From a virus (lineage: Duplodnaviria; Heunggongvirae; Uroviricota; Caudoviricetes): a stretch of DNA of 64,000 nucleotides. Position 1 is the first letter of the stretch, and every line of letters begins with the position of its first letter. Position numbers and translations under genes: made by a program. This document shows, in pieces, positions 40,011 to 49,412 of the stretch. The stretch covers positions 42,710 through 106,709 of the IMG/VR virus record IMGVR_UViG_2922326829_000003; one strand, written 5' to 3'. Below the pieces are notes generated by a model. That model had not been told where the DNA came from. It ran no database searches and saw only the letters and a program-made list of their open reading frames with translations.

Positions 40011-40684
40011 ACTGCACCTCTTTTTTCGTTACTCTTATTTCAAATTTTGATTTTTGTATATTTTTTTGATTTTAGAGAGGTTTTTGTTTTTGCATATTGT
40101 TTCCCTTCTTTCGGCTTTTTTGCCTATCTTTTAGTTCTACATATACACCCATACGCGCGCACACGCATTATAACAATCCCGCGCGCGTTTTAAATAATGT
40201 ATTATAACTTTTATTAAATCAATCCATATTTTCAATTAACATTCATTAACACCGCTTTATCTTATTGGCAATCAGAGACTTACAACTTTCTTTGTGCTTT
40301 TCTCTAATTTTCTTTGCTATATTATTTGCACGGTTCAAATAATGTGCTTTACTTTGCAATGTCAATCAAACAAAAGTAGTATTGACAGAGTTCTTTAACA
40401 GAGAGGTAACGAAAATAGTTTTATAAGTTTATAACTTATCATTTTACTATTATATAGAAAATGTTTGCACTATCTGATAGGCAAAAAACGAAAATAGTTA
40501 TTGTTCCACCCTGAAACCCTTAAAACACTATAATAGCAATATTATAACGGTCTCAAGTCCGTACAAAGTTGAGAGAGGGTTAAAAATAAATTAATAAACA
40601 ACCGTACCGCAAACGGATAACAAAAAAAACGGCTTAAAGGAAAGCCCGATAAACAAGCGGTTAAAGTTTATCAAACCAAACGTT

Positions 40685-41275
40685 ATGTTAACAATCAATC
40701 AAATTAAAAATGTAGCTATTGAAAACATTAGTTTTGCACCTAACAGTTTAGTTTTATTAAAAGTACGTGAAACTGAAAGTAACGGAATGATAAATACAAC
40801 CGTTAACTATATAGAGGTTTGCGAACTAAAAGACACAAAAGAGCTAACAATTGTACAAAATTTGTTGCGCTATTGTTTAGCAGAGTTCAATGTATCAAAA
40901 GGTTTTGAATCGGATTTTAAAGAGACAGGAATAAGGCAGCGCCGTATTTTGCAGCCTTTTTTAAACACAAAAGTGCTATTTCGCACCGATTCAACAGGTA
41001 AAATTTCTCGCGCTTTAATCTCTGAAATAGAGTTCAATAAAACCGCTATGAATATAAAGCACAATCATGCTATTGTAACGGCGAAACCCGAAAACACAAA
41101 AGCAGCTATCTTTCAACACTCAAAAGCGATTTTAGCGCAATGTAGTTATTTGTCCATGATAGGCAAAGAGGTTGAAAATATCATTTCTCTTTGTTCCGAA
41201 GACGTAAAAATAACTAAAGAGCGTAAACCAAAAAGCAAAACAACCGCCAACAAAGAAACTGAAAAAGCGGCTTAA
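40685..41275 (+). CDS. hypothetical protein (196 aa)
   Basis: ORF flanked by alternating purine-pyrimidine tracts. Confidence 0.35.
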   Translation: MLTINQIKNVAIENISFAPNSLVLLKVRETESNGMINTTVNYIEVCELKDTKELTIVQNLLRYCLAEFNVSKGFESDFKETGIRQRRILQPFLNTKVLFRTDSTGKISRALISEIEFNKTAMNIKHNHAIVTAKPENTKAAIFQHSKAILAQCSYLSMIGKEVENIISLCSEDVKITKERKPKSKTTANKETEKAA

Positions 41276-41496
41276 ATAGCTACCAATATATAATACCACA
41301 GGGTAACGAATGCAAATTTGTTACCCTATTTTGTACACGCGTATGTATATATGTGCGTGTATATCTGTGTGCGCGTATGCGTATGAATATATAATAGAAT
41401 GCCTGAGAAATTGGATTTTCCCGGGGGCTGGAATGGAGAGTAAAAATTTGTAGGGATAACTATGCCCGAACGTAAACAATTAAACAATAAATAAAA

Positions 41497-41970
41497 ATGA
41501 AATTATCCGAATTATACAGTGACTGTAAACATGTTGCTACCATGAAAATATTGTGCGCATCTAAAGGGATAACTATGCCCGAACGTGAAGCGCAAAGAAT
41601 TGAAAATTTAGTGCGTGCCGGCAATAGGTTTTTCGTTTTTATCAGTAAAGACGGGATTGATATTCTGGAAATGCGCGAACGTTCCGAACTACTTGCAAAA
41701 ATTGTGTCTGGACGTGTTCGCAAAGGTCAAGTTTTATTCCTACATGACGGTGCAATGCGTGAAATAACACGTAATAACCTGGCTGAATCCTGTAAATTTT
41801 ACGCTCCTATAAAGCCCATAGAACGCGATGACAGAGTGCGAATCGTGCGAAAAAAACCCACCTCTTTTGACGATGGTATGCCCGAACGCCCACACAAAAA
41901 AGTAAGTAAAAAAGGATTTTTACGCACCGAAATGGCTAATGAGTCCATGCAGCGAATGATCCGTATCTAA
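41497..41970 (+). CDS. hypothetical basic protein (157 aa)
   Basis: ORF; a 22-bp direct repeat lies upstream of it and again inside it. Confidence 0.3.
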   Translation: MKLSELYSDCKHVATMKILCASKGITMPEREAQRIENLVRAGNRFFVFISKDGIDILEMRERSELLAKIVSGRVRKGQVLFLHDGAMREITRNNLAESCKFYAPIKPIERDDRVRIVRKKPTSFDDGMPERPHKKVSKKGFLRTEMANESMQRMIRI

Positions 41971-42129
41971 TACAAATTTCATACTAATCCGAAGCCGTCA
42001 TTACGCAAGTTTTGACGGCTTTTTTAATGCCAAAAATTATGCAACCAATAAAATATCACAAAGGCAGAGCCTATGGACTGGTAGTATCGTGTAACAAAAA
42101 TGGAGTAATAACATATAACAACAATAAAA

Positions 42130-42429
42130 ATGAAAGAAAATACAACAAGTACGCAAAGCAATGCGCCTGAAAACCCGAAAAATGATGTAGCAAGTTTTAT
42201 GTACTACATGTGGAATGCGTGGTGTAGAAGCGAGTGTGAGATGGCATTTGCCGGACATGATGTGAATCACTTGTGGTCGAAATGGATTGGATATAATAAG
42301 CACAATGAAAGACATGGGGCTGTGGAAGAATTTTTCGCAAATCTAAGTGACTACTACCAAGATATGCTGGTAAAGCGTGCAACAGAAGTGTATAACCGCA
42401 GAAGTAGAATAAATGAAAACCGTGAATAA
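42130..42429 (+). CDS. hypothetical protein (99 aa)
   Basis: ORF only. Confidence 0.25.
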   Translation: MKENTTSTQSNAPENPKNDVASFMYYMWNAWCRSECEMAFAGHDVNHLWSKWIGYNKHNERHGAVEEFFANLSDYYQDMLVKRATEVYNRRSRINENRE

Positions 42430-42688
42430 AATATTGAAATATCTGGCTATCGCTGTGCTTATATGCGTCATGCCAAAAGCGTGTAGAATGGAATATACCT
42501 GTGATGTAATTGATTCTATGCCGGAACCTATATACCATCAACTCATAGCCGATTACCCGGAGTGGAATATTGACCAACTTGCGGACTATTATGTAGCAAA
42601 CCGCGATTCTCTGGTAAAAGAAATGTATCTGGAGCAAGAGTATTTGTTTGAACTGGAGGAATATTTATCAAATCAAAACAATAATTAA
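42413..42688 (+). CDS. hypothetical protein (91 aa) with N-terminal hydrophobic segment
   Basis: ORF only. Confidence 0.25.
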   Translation: MKTVNKILKYLAIAVLICVMPKACRMEYTCDVIDSMPEPIYHQLIADYPEWNIDQLADYYVANRDSLVKEMYLEQEYLFELEEYLSNQNNN

Positions 42689-42709
42689 TCAATAAAAATA
42701 AACGAAAAA

Positions 42710-42979
42710 ATGAAAGCAGTAGGAAACGCTAAGTTTTGCCCAAAATGTAGTCAAACCAAGAACGTGAATGAATTTTACAAAAACGCAGCAAGTCGAGATG
42801 GTTTGCAGCATTATTGTAAGGAATGCGAAAAAAAGCGAGGTTGTACAAAAGCAAACCAGACCAAAAAGACAAATATGATTCTCAATATTGCCGATTTTTC
42901 TGACGAAAGCTTATTTGCTGAAATCAGAAAACGTGGCTACTCTGGGGAGTTGACTTATGTGCGAGCTATATCAATTTAA
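42710..42979 (+). CDS. zinc-ribbon protein (89 aa)
   Basis: CPKC..(22 aa)..CKEC zinc ribbon. Confidence 0.3.
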   Translation: MKAVGNAKFCPKCSQTKNVNEFYKNAASRDGLQHYCKECEKKRGCTKANQTKKTNMILNIADFSDESLFAEIRKRGYSGELTYVRAISI

Positions 42980-43325
42980 AATTATTCCTATGGCTTACAA
43001 ATGGCGACCTTCAAAAACGCAAAAACGAGATTTTGCGCAAAAAATGAAAAACGATCCAGATTACAGAGAAGCGTATTATTCCCGGAAAGATCAACGGGCA
43101 AAGAATAGACGAAGTACGAGCAAATATGAATATGAAAGCGCTGGAGGATATTACATTCCGACAAAAGCACAACATGATTTTTGTGCTGAAAACATGCACC
43201 TATTTGTCAGTGAAGTTGAAAAATTAGCTGCAAACACGGTGATGCATGGGTACTCCTGTAATGAAAAAATCCACCATGACGATATTCATATCGTAAATGA
43301 AAAAATAAGATCAAATAGCAAGTAG
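42957..43325 (+). CDS. basic protein (122 aa), possible HNH-like remnant
   Basis: Has ..HGYSCNEKIHHDDIHIVN..; a weak HNH-like histidine cluster. Confidence 0.2.
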   Translation: MCELYQFKIIPMAYKWRPSKTQKRDFAQKMKNDPDYREAYYSRKDQRAKNRRSTSKYEYESAGGYYIPTKAQHDFCAENMHLFVSEVEKLAANTVMHGYSCNEKIHHDDIHIVNEKIRSNSK

Positions 43326-43360
43326 AATTAGAACATTATAAAAATCAAAACATATATATT

Positions 43361-43666
43361 ATGAAAATTACAAATAAAGAAAAGTTTCTGGAAGCACGTG
43401 AATTTGCTGCAAGCATCCACGACAACACATTGCAAGATTGTTTAGATCGCCTTAGTCGGTGGGAATATAACGATCCGGATCACCCAAAAACAATCTATAT
43501 CGGAGGTGATTTCGCAGAACATTCTCTTTCATTTAGAGAAGTGTACGAAGATGGAAGAACTGGAGTATGCGGTGGAATAATCTTTCATTCAGCCTCTGCC
43601 GACCAAAATAATTATAGCGTGTCTTTAAGCGGAAGAAATGATGCACGTTGGGAGATTCATACCTAA
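43361..43666 (+). CDS. hypothetical protein (101 aa)
   Basis: ORF only. Confidence 0.25.
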   Translation: MKITNKEKFLEAREFAASIHDNTLQDCLDRLSRWEYNDPDHPKTIYIGGDFAEHSLSFREVYEDGRTGVCGGIIFHSASADQNNYSVSLSGRNDARWEIHT

Positions 43667-43761
43667 AACAACAATATTAAAATTCGTTAAAGAGGCGCAA
43701 GTGTACAACTTAGGACACCATGCGCCTCTATTCATAAACAAAGCAGTAAAAAAAAGAATTT

Positions 43762-43995
43762 ATGGAAGCAGTAATCTCAAAAAATAAGCAAGGAGCTTGC
43801 TTACTTGTCAATTCTGTAGTCGTTGGAACATCCATCGATTTACAATTCCCTACTGAAACGGAATCACAGGCGGCCTACAAAAAACTTAAAGATTTAGAGG
43901 TTGCTTGCTATCATGCTGGGTGCAATGCACCTAATGGACCATACATATCTATTTATCCTTCCGAAAACAAGAATTTGAAATTAGCAATCAGATAA
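43762..43995 (+). CDS. hypothetical protein (77 aa)
   Basis: ORF only. Confidence 0.2.
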   Translation: MEAVISKNKQGACLLVNSVVVGTSIDLQFPTETESQAAYKKLKDLEVACYHAGCNAPNGPYISIYPSENKNLKLAIR

Positions 43996-44009
43996 AACAA
44001 ATAAAAGAC

Positions 44010-44516
44010 ATGAAAATAACAGTATTAGATTTTTCAAATAATAGCGTAGATATTGTTTCTACTACCCAAGAATTTATTGATGCGTTCGCTCTTTCATATT
44101 ATGAATCGGAGGAAACTGAACGAGAGGATTTCGATTTGACAGATGATTTTAAGATTGAGCTATTTCTATCTGATCATTGTCAATATTGCCTGGATAATTG
44201 TCAATGGATGGTTGACAGTGAAGGCATAGTGAAATACAATTTCGATTTGACAGAGCAAAGCTTTGGTTCAAACCCCAACAATGAAACTACGAATACAACA
44301 AGATATAGACTGCCAATCCACTGGGTTAACCCACTGATAAACGGAGATTTTACCGGTTGCAATGACGAGGAAGAGGGAGAGATCAAATCTTTTCTGGAAG
44401 GCGTTGATGGGGACCCGGTAGATGTAGATTGGGATACTGAGGGTTTCTATTCCACCAATGATGCAAACAGGATTGGTGGAACGTGTGTAGATATAATTTT
44501 TCGGACTGATCAATAA
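44010..44516 (+). CDS. acidic hypothetical protein (168 aa)
   Basis: Strongly acidic ORF (many D/E). Confidence 0.3.
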   Translation: MKITVLDFSNNSVDIVSTTQEFIDAFALSYYESEETEREDFDLTDDFKIELFLSDHCQYCLDNCQWMVDSEGIVKYNFDLTEQSFGSNPNNETTNTTRYRLPIHWVNPLINGDFTGCNDEEEGEIKSFLEGVDGDPVDVDWDTEGFYSTNDANRIGGTCVDIIFRTDQ

Positions 44517-44528
44517 AAACATACATCA

Positions 44529-44876
44529 ATGAAACGAAACAAAAAGAGCAAGTATACTTTTGAAACACATTTTTATGCCCCAGAGTTAAATAAGATTTTG
44601 TTAAATGGCACAAATGTAAATAGATATTTCCCTGAATCGATTCGTAGAGAGTTGACAAAGGACTATGTAGAAAACTTACGCAAAATCCGTCAACATATAA
44701 CATTCAAACCATATCTCCATTTTATCACAATTGCTTATATCGGAGACAAAAGCGGGTTTGTGAAAGAAATCCAGGGAGGCTTTAATTCATGGAAAGAAGC
44801 TATGCCAGTTTTCAATAAAATGAAAGAATGGTTCAAGACAGAGACGCCTACACGTAAAGTAAAATTCATGTATTAA
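44529..44876 (+). CDS. hypothetical protein (115 aa)
   Basis: ORF only. Confidence 0.25.
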   Translation: MKRNKKSKYTFETHFYAPELNKILLNGTNVNRYFPESIRRELTKDYVENLRKIRQHITFKPYLHFITIAYIGDKSGFVKEIQGGFNSWKEAMPVFNKMKEWFKTETPTRKVKFMY

Positions 44877-44886
44877 AACATCCATT

Positions 44887-45579
44887 ATGAGAACAATCGA
44901 GCAAATAAAACAGCAAATTCTGGAGGCCAAAAACACAGAACCATCAAATTCAAAACATTCTCCCTTATGGTACCCAAATCCTTGGGAATTTCAATGGATG
45001 TGGAAAGTTCCGGTATGGAATGACTCTAAACCTGGTGGAAATGACATTGAGCTAATTTCAGAGATGAAATCTGTGAATTATGACTTCAATGATTTCAATG
45101 ATACAATTGAAAGTCTGTTGAAATTATACATGTTTGAATGTGGTTATCGCGATGAAATTGAAAATAGAATTGATACTCAGTGTGACGCATTCAGTGAGTT
45201 TTTATATAGTCCGGATGAAGATTGGTGGATTCCTATGCAAAAATCCGAATTAGAGGATTTAATTAAAGAACAACTCGTTCGCCTCATACTTAGATGGAGC
45301 TGTTCTGACGATGAAGTAAAACAAATCTATCAGCAATTAGTGAAAGTTTTAACCTCTGATTCTGATTGTATTAGAGAATATGAAAAATATAATTCCCAAA
45401 AAACTTTGGAAGAAGTTGCTGAAAATGTGGCTGCTTACATGACTGGAGATGGGTGTATTGAAAGATATTTCCTTGATGGTCCAAATATGGGTGTCTCGTG
45501 GATGACAGTTGGGAACAATCGTACCATTGACATGGATGAGACTTGGGAAGTGTTTTGCAACGAATTAAAAAGTGAATAG
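44887..45579 (+). CDS. acidic hypothetical protein (230 aa)
   Basis: Strongly acidic ORF. Confidence 0.3.
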   Translation: MRTIEQIKQQILEAKNTEPSNSKHSPLWYPNPWEFQWMWKVPVWNDSKPGGNDIELISEMKSVNYDFNDFNDTIESLLKLYMFECGYRDEIENRIDTQCDAFSEFLYSPDEDWWIPMQKSELEDLIKEQLVRLILRWSCSDDEVKQIYQQLVKVLTSDSDCIREYEKYNSQKTLEEVAENVAAYMTGDGCIERYFLDGPNMGVSWMTVGNNRTIDMDETWEVFCNELKSE

Positions 45580-45880
45580 CATGAGTGAAAATGAACATTT
45601 AAAATACAAATTTAGCTTATTGCTGGATGAAAGGATGGGATTAGGGAGGATATATCTTCCCAGTGATTATGACGAGGTGTTTTATTTATTCGACACGATA
45701 GAGTGTTTAGATGAAATCAGTCCTTTTGAGATATACACTCAAGAAAATCCTTGTGTGTTCGATATTCCATATTGCGGATGTGAACATGACTGTTGTGGAC
45801 ACCTGTGTGGAAAATCTGCGTATATCACTGAGATTTTCGGAAACAAATTTATAGCTGTAAGAGAAAGTTTAAATTATTAA
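45572..45880 (+). CDS. Cys-rich small protein (102 aa)
   Basis: CGCEHDCCGHLCG cluster. Confidence 0.25.
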   Translation: MNSMSENEHLKYKFSLLLDERMGLGRIYLPSDYDEVFYLFDTIECLDEISPFEIYTQENPCVFDIPYCGCEHDCCGHLCGKSAYITEIFGNKFIAVRESLNY

Positions 45881-46043
45881 AGTTATGCTGATTCCCAACC
45901 CCTATTTTATGCCTTCATTTCAGTTAGATGATTCGTCTCAACCGAGATTGAAGAAGGTGCGCCCAACAGATTATAAAAAGGCTCATAAAAAAGCGAATTA
46001 AGAGAAGAAAAAAGAATAAAAATCCTAAAACACATAGATAGTT

Positions 46044-46733
46044 ATGCAAGAACAAATTATAAAAGCTCCGTATTTTTCCGGATTTTATGGATATGAGTTA
46101 TTCAGCGAGCTGGGTGATTTAACCAGTTTTGCTGACAATAATTCGGAACTATATTGTGAATTGTGCGATAAAAACCTTGAGCGCGATTTTTACGAAAAGA
46201 TTTGCGATATAGTTGATTGGCAAAAGACGAAGGAAAATATTTCCAAACAGCTTGTAGATAACATTTACTTCAATACTTTCAGCGAATGGGTTGAAATGAT
46301 TGATTTTGATAATTTGTGGAGCCCAAAGTATTATAATTATCGTACTGATGAAATTTATATGAAGATTGCTTTCACAGATGAGCAGTTGGAAGAAATAGAA
46401 TTATTCTGCTTTGGTGAAAAAAAGAAATCTTTTGAAAAGCATTTAAAAGATAATTACACAAGTGTCAGTGGTTTTATCAGTTTCATACCAAACAACCTTC
46501 AGGAATTCAAATCTGAGTATCGTGAATACAAACACGAAAAAGATGAAAAATATGAAACATATCTCGGAATTCTTTTTGAATTTATATTCAATCAACAAAA
46601 TCATTCCGATGATTGTGTTTCTCCATACGATTCTGAAAGTATATGGGAAGCTCTTGCATGGCTGAGAGATTTTGATGAAGAAGAAATTGCAAAACAATTA
46701 ATCGAAGAATACGAACATGAACCAAAAATTTGA
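46044..46733 (+). CDS. acidic hypothetical protein (229 aa)
   Basis: Strongly acidic ORF. Confidence 0.3.
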   Translation: MQEQIIKAPYFSGFYGYELFSELGDLTSFADNNSELYCELCDKNLERDFYEKICDIVDWQKTKENISKQLVDNIYFNTFSEWVEMIDFDNLWSPKYYNYRTDEIYMKIAFTDEQLEEIELFCFGEKKKSFEKHLKDNYTSVSGFISFIPNNLQEFKSEYREYKHEKDEKYETYLGILFEFIFNQQNHSDDCVSPYDSESIWEALAWLRDFDEEEIAKQLIEEYEHEPKI

Positions 46734-46938
46734 AAGAGAAGTAAAAATAAAATTCTGGTACAACATGACTGATGAGCTTGAAAAATTAAGCTTTGAAGAA
46801 ATAGAGTACCTGGAACAACAAGCTATGTCTCGGATAGTCGAGATGATAAAAGATGGCTATACATCTGGAGAACTTTGCGAAAGCATTGACGAAAACGAGT
46901 TTTATGGATGGTGGGAGTATAAAATGACAACAATTTAA
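46717..46938 (+). CDS. small acidic protein (73 aa)
   Basis: ORF only. Confidence 0.2.
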   Translation: MNQKFEREVKIKFWYNMTDELEKLSFEEIEYLEQQAMSRIVEMIKDGYTSGELCESIDENEFYGWWEYKMTTI

Positions 46939-46950
46939 TAAAACAACAAT

Positions 46951-47235
46951 ATGGCAGAATTTGATTTTTTCTTAGACCGGAAAATGACTGGTTGGCGCAG
47001 AGATAGCTTTACTATTGAAGCTGAAACAAAAGAGGAAGCTTTGAAAATCGTCAGAGAAGCTTTTCAAACTGGAGAGGGTGAAAACCTTGTGAATAGCAAT
47101 TGCTTTGACTCTTCTCATTTGGATGAAACAGAAGAGTATTTCACTATTGAGCAAAACAACGGGTTATCTACCGAAGCTGTGTTTTTTGATGAAACTGGTG
47201 AGGAAGTGTACCAAAATGGGAAATCTATAATTTAA
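46951..47235 (+). CDS. small acidic protein (94 aa)
   Basis: ORF only. Confidence 0.2.
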   Translation: MAEFDFFLDRKMTGWRRDSFTIEAETKEEALKIVREAFQTGEGENLVNSNCFDSSHLDETEEYFTIEQNNGLSTEAVFFDETGEEVYQNGKSII

Positions 47236-47244
47236 GATTAAGTT

Positions 47245-49320
47245 ATGAACAAGAAGATTAAATTGATTGTAATTGACTCATTCTGTGGTGCCGGTGGAGT
47301 TACTGAAGGATTCCACCGGGCTAAAATAAACGGCGATTATTGTGTAGAAGTAATCATTGGAATTAACCATGATGCAAAAGCAATTCTTAGCCATAAAGCA
47401 AATCACCCAAATACGCATCATTTTGTTGAAGATTTCCGTACAATAGACCCACACGATCTTCTTTCTATCTTAAACGAAGCTAAGAAGAAATATCCGGAAG
47501 CAAAAGTTATGTTCTGGATGAGTGCTGAGTGTACTCATCACAGTAAAGCAAAAGGCGGGGAAAGTCGCGATGCAGATAGTCGTAGCTTACCTGAATATGC
47601 TTACAAGTACATCGAAATCCTCCAGCCTGATATTATCGGAGTGGAAAATGTAGTTGAGTTCCTTGATTGGGGGCCATTGCAACCGAAAGTTGTCAAAGAT
47701 AAAAAAGGTAATGAGCTGTATTGCCCTATCGATATTAAGAAAGACAAGAAGACAAAGAAGGTTATTTCTATTGGGCCTAAATGGGTGCCGATACCTGAAC
47801 GGAAGAAAGAGTACTATAATGCCTGGGTAGAGCAAATCAAGTCTTATGGCTACCACTATGATTACGATAAACTAAATGCTGCTGATTATGGCGCATACAC
47901 TTCTCGAACCCGCTATTTCGGTTTCTTCAGCAAAGAGAAAGACTTTATTGTCTTCCCAGAGAAAACCCACTCTAAAGATGGAAAGGACGGTAAAGAGAAA
48001 TGGAAAGCAGTAAAAGATGTTCTGGACTTTTCTGATGAAGGTATAAGTATCTTCGATCGTGATGTAGAGTTGGTGGAAAACACTAAAGATCGCATTATGT
48101 CTGGACTAATAAAGCATGTAGCCGGTGGAAAAGATGAATGGTTACTCAAATACAATTCTGTCAATGGAGATACTGGAAGGCACAATCCTCCAGGTGTTGA
48201 CGAACCATGTCCGGTTGTGAGTTGTCAAAATCGTCTTGGGGTAATTAAAGCTCAACGGTTTATTTCCAAATACTATGGAGGTGAGCCAGCCCATAAAAAT
48301 ATCAGTGTAGACGAACCAGCGCATACCATTAGAACTAAAGATTGCCAAGCTATTATATCATACAAAACAGGAAGGAAACACTTTATATCAAAGCAATTCA
48401 GCGGACATCCTGAAAGCAAGAATATATCAACAGATGGGCCTGTGGGAGCTGTGACTACCATAGATCACCATGCACTTGTTGGTTGCGATTTCATCCAAAC
48501 ATATTATGGAAATGGAGGCACAAGCTCTGTAGAATCACCATCACCAGTAATTCCAACTAAAGACAGATGTGCTGTGGTTATGCCACGCTTCTTGTGCTCT
48601 TATAATTTTAAGGATGGCCCAAAAGATATAAATGCACCATGTCCAACACTGTTGACAAAAGACAGGGTTGCAATTGTTCTGCCAAAACAGATTGTTGGCA
48701 AATGTCATTTTATAGACCAACAGTTTGGACAAAGCAAACCGGCATCGATACTTAGACCTGTTGGTACAATTACAGCAAACCCTAAATATGCGATTTGTAG
48801 CTGTGATTGGCTTTTAGACACTAATTACAAGAATGTAGGAAGAGGACTCGATCAACCCTCTCCAGTTATTACCGCGAACAGAAAACATCATTACCTGGTC
48901 AACCCTCAGTTCAGTTCTGCTGGAAATAATATTGAAGTTCCTTGCTTTACATTGATTGCCAGAATGGATAAGCGACCACCAAGTATGGTCACTATTCGAA
49001 CTGATCAGGATGAATTGCCCTCATTCATAAAAATAATTGGAAACACAATCGTATATGAAATTTATGAAAATGATTCTCCTAAAACGAAGGAGATCAAGGA
49101 ATTCATGGCATTATATGGATTGACTGATATAAAAATGCGAATGCTAATGGTAGATGAGTTGTTGCGGATTATGGGATTCGGCGATGATTATATACTTCTG
49201 GGATCACAAACTGACAAGAAAAAATTCATCGGTAACGCGGTAGAATGTACTCAAAGCCAGGTAATAGCGGAAGCTATCTCAATGGCAATATTTAAACACT
49301 TATTATCAATTGCTGCATAA
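47245..49320 (+). CDS. DNA (cytosine-5)-methyltransferase with an unusually long repeat-containing variable region (691 aa)
   Basis: Motif I IDSFCGAGG, motif VI GVENVVEF, motif IX ELLRIMGFGDDY and motif X GNAV are present. The catalytic-motif position reads SAECTHHS rather than the usual PCQ. A ~480-aa region between the N-terminal motifs and motif IX holds repeated ..P.P(V/T)(I/L)T.. segments. Confidence 0.65.
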   Translation: MNKKIKLIVIDSFCGAGGVTEGFHRAKINGDYCVEVIIGINHDAKAILSHKANHPNTHHFVEDFRTIDPHDLLSILNEAKKKYPEAKVMFWMSAECTHHSKAKGGESRDADSRSLPEYAYKYIEILQPDIIGVENVVEFLDWGPLQPKVVKDKKGNELYCPIDIKKDKKTKKVISIGPKWVPIPERKKEYYNAWVEQIKSYGYHYDYDKLNAADYGAYTSRTRYFGFFSKEKDFIVFPEKTHSKDGKDGKEKWKAVKDVLDFSDEGISIFDRDVELVENTKDRIMSGLIKHVAGGKDEWLLKYNSVNGDTGRHNPPGVDEPCPVVSCQNRLGVIKAQRFISKYYGGEPAHKNISVDEPAHTIRTKDCQAIISYKTGRKHFISKQFSGHPESKNISTDGPVGAVTTIDHHALVGCDFIQTYYGNGGTSSVESPSPVIPTKDRCAVVMPRFLCSYNFKDGPKDINAPCPTLLTKDRVAIVLPKQIVGKCHFIDQQFGQSKPASILRPVGTITANPKYAICSCDWLLDTNYKNVGRGLDQPSPVITANRKHHYLVNPQFSSAGNNIEVPCFTLIARMDKRPPSMVTIRTDQDELPSFIKIIGNTIVYEIYENDSPKTKEIKEFMALYGLTDIKMRMLMVDELLRIMGFGDDYILLGSQTDKKKFIGNAVECTQSQVIAEAISMAIFKHLLSIAA

Positions 49321-49412
49321 TAAAAACCCAGAGACAATTTAAAGGATAGCCTCTGGGTCATGTTATGTTATGTGCGGGATAATCAAGTCCTCGCCGCACA
49401 CGGGGCAAAGAT

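Noticed and set aside
42197-42637. 146-aa minus-strand ORF antisense to plus genes 42130-42429 and 42413-42688
   Set aside because: His/Tyr/Phe-rich low-complexity sequence; the sense ORFs fit the operon spacing.
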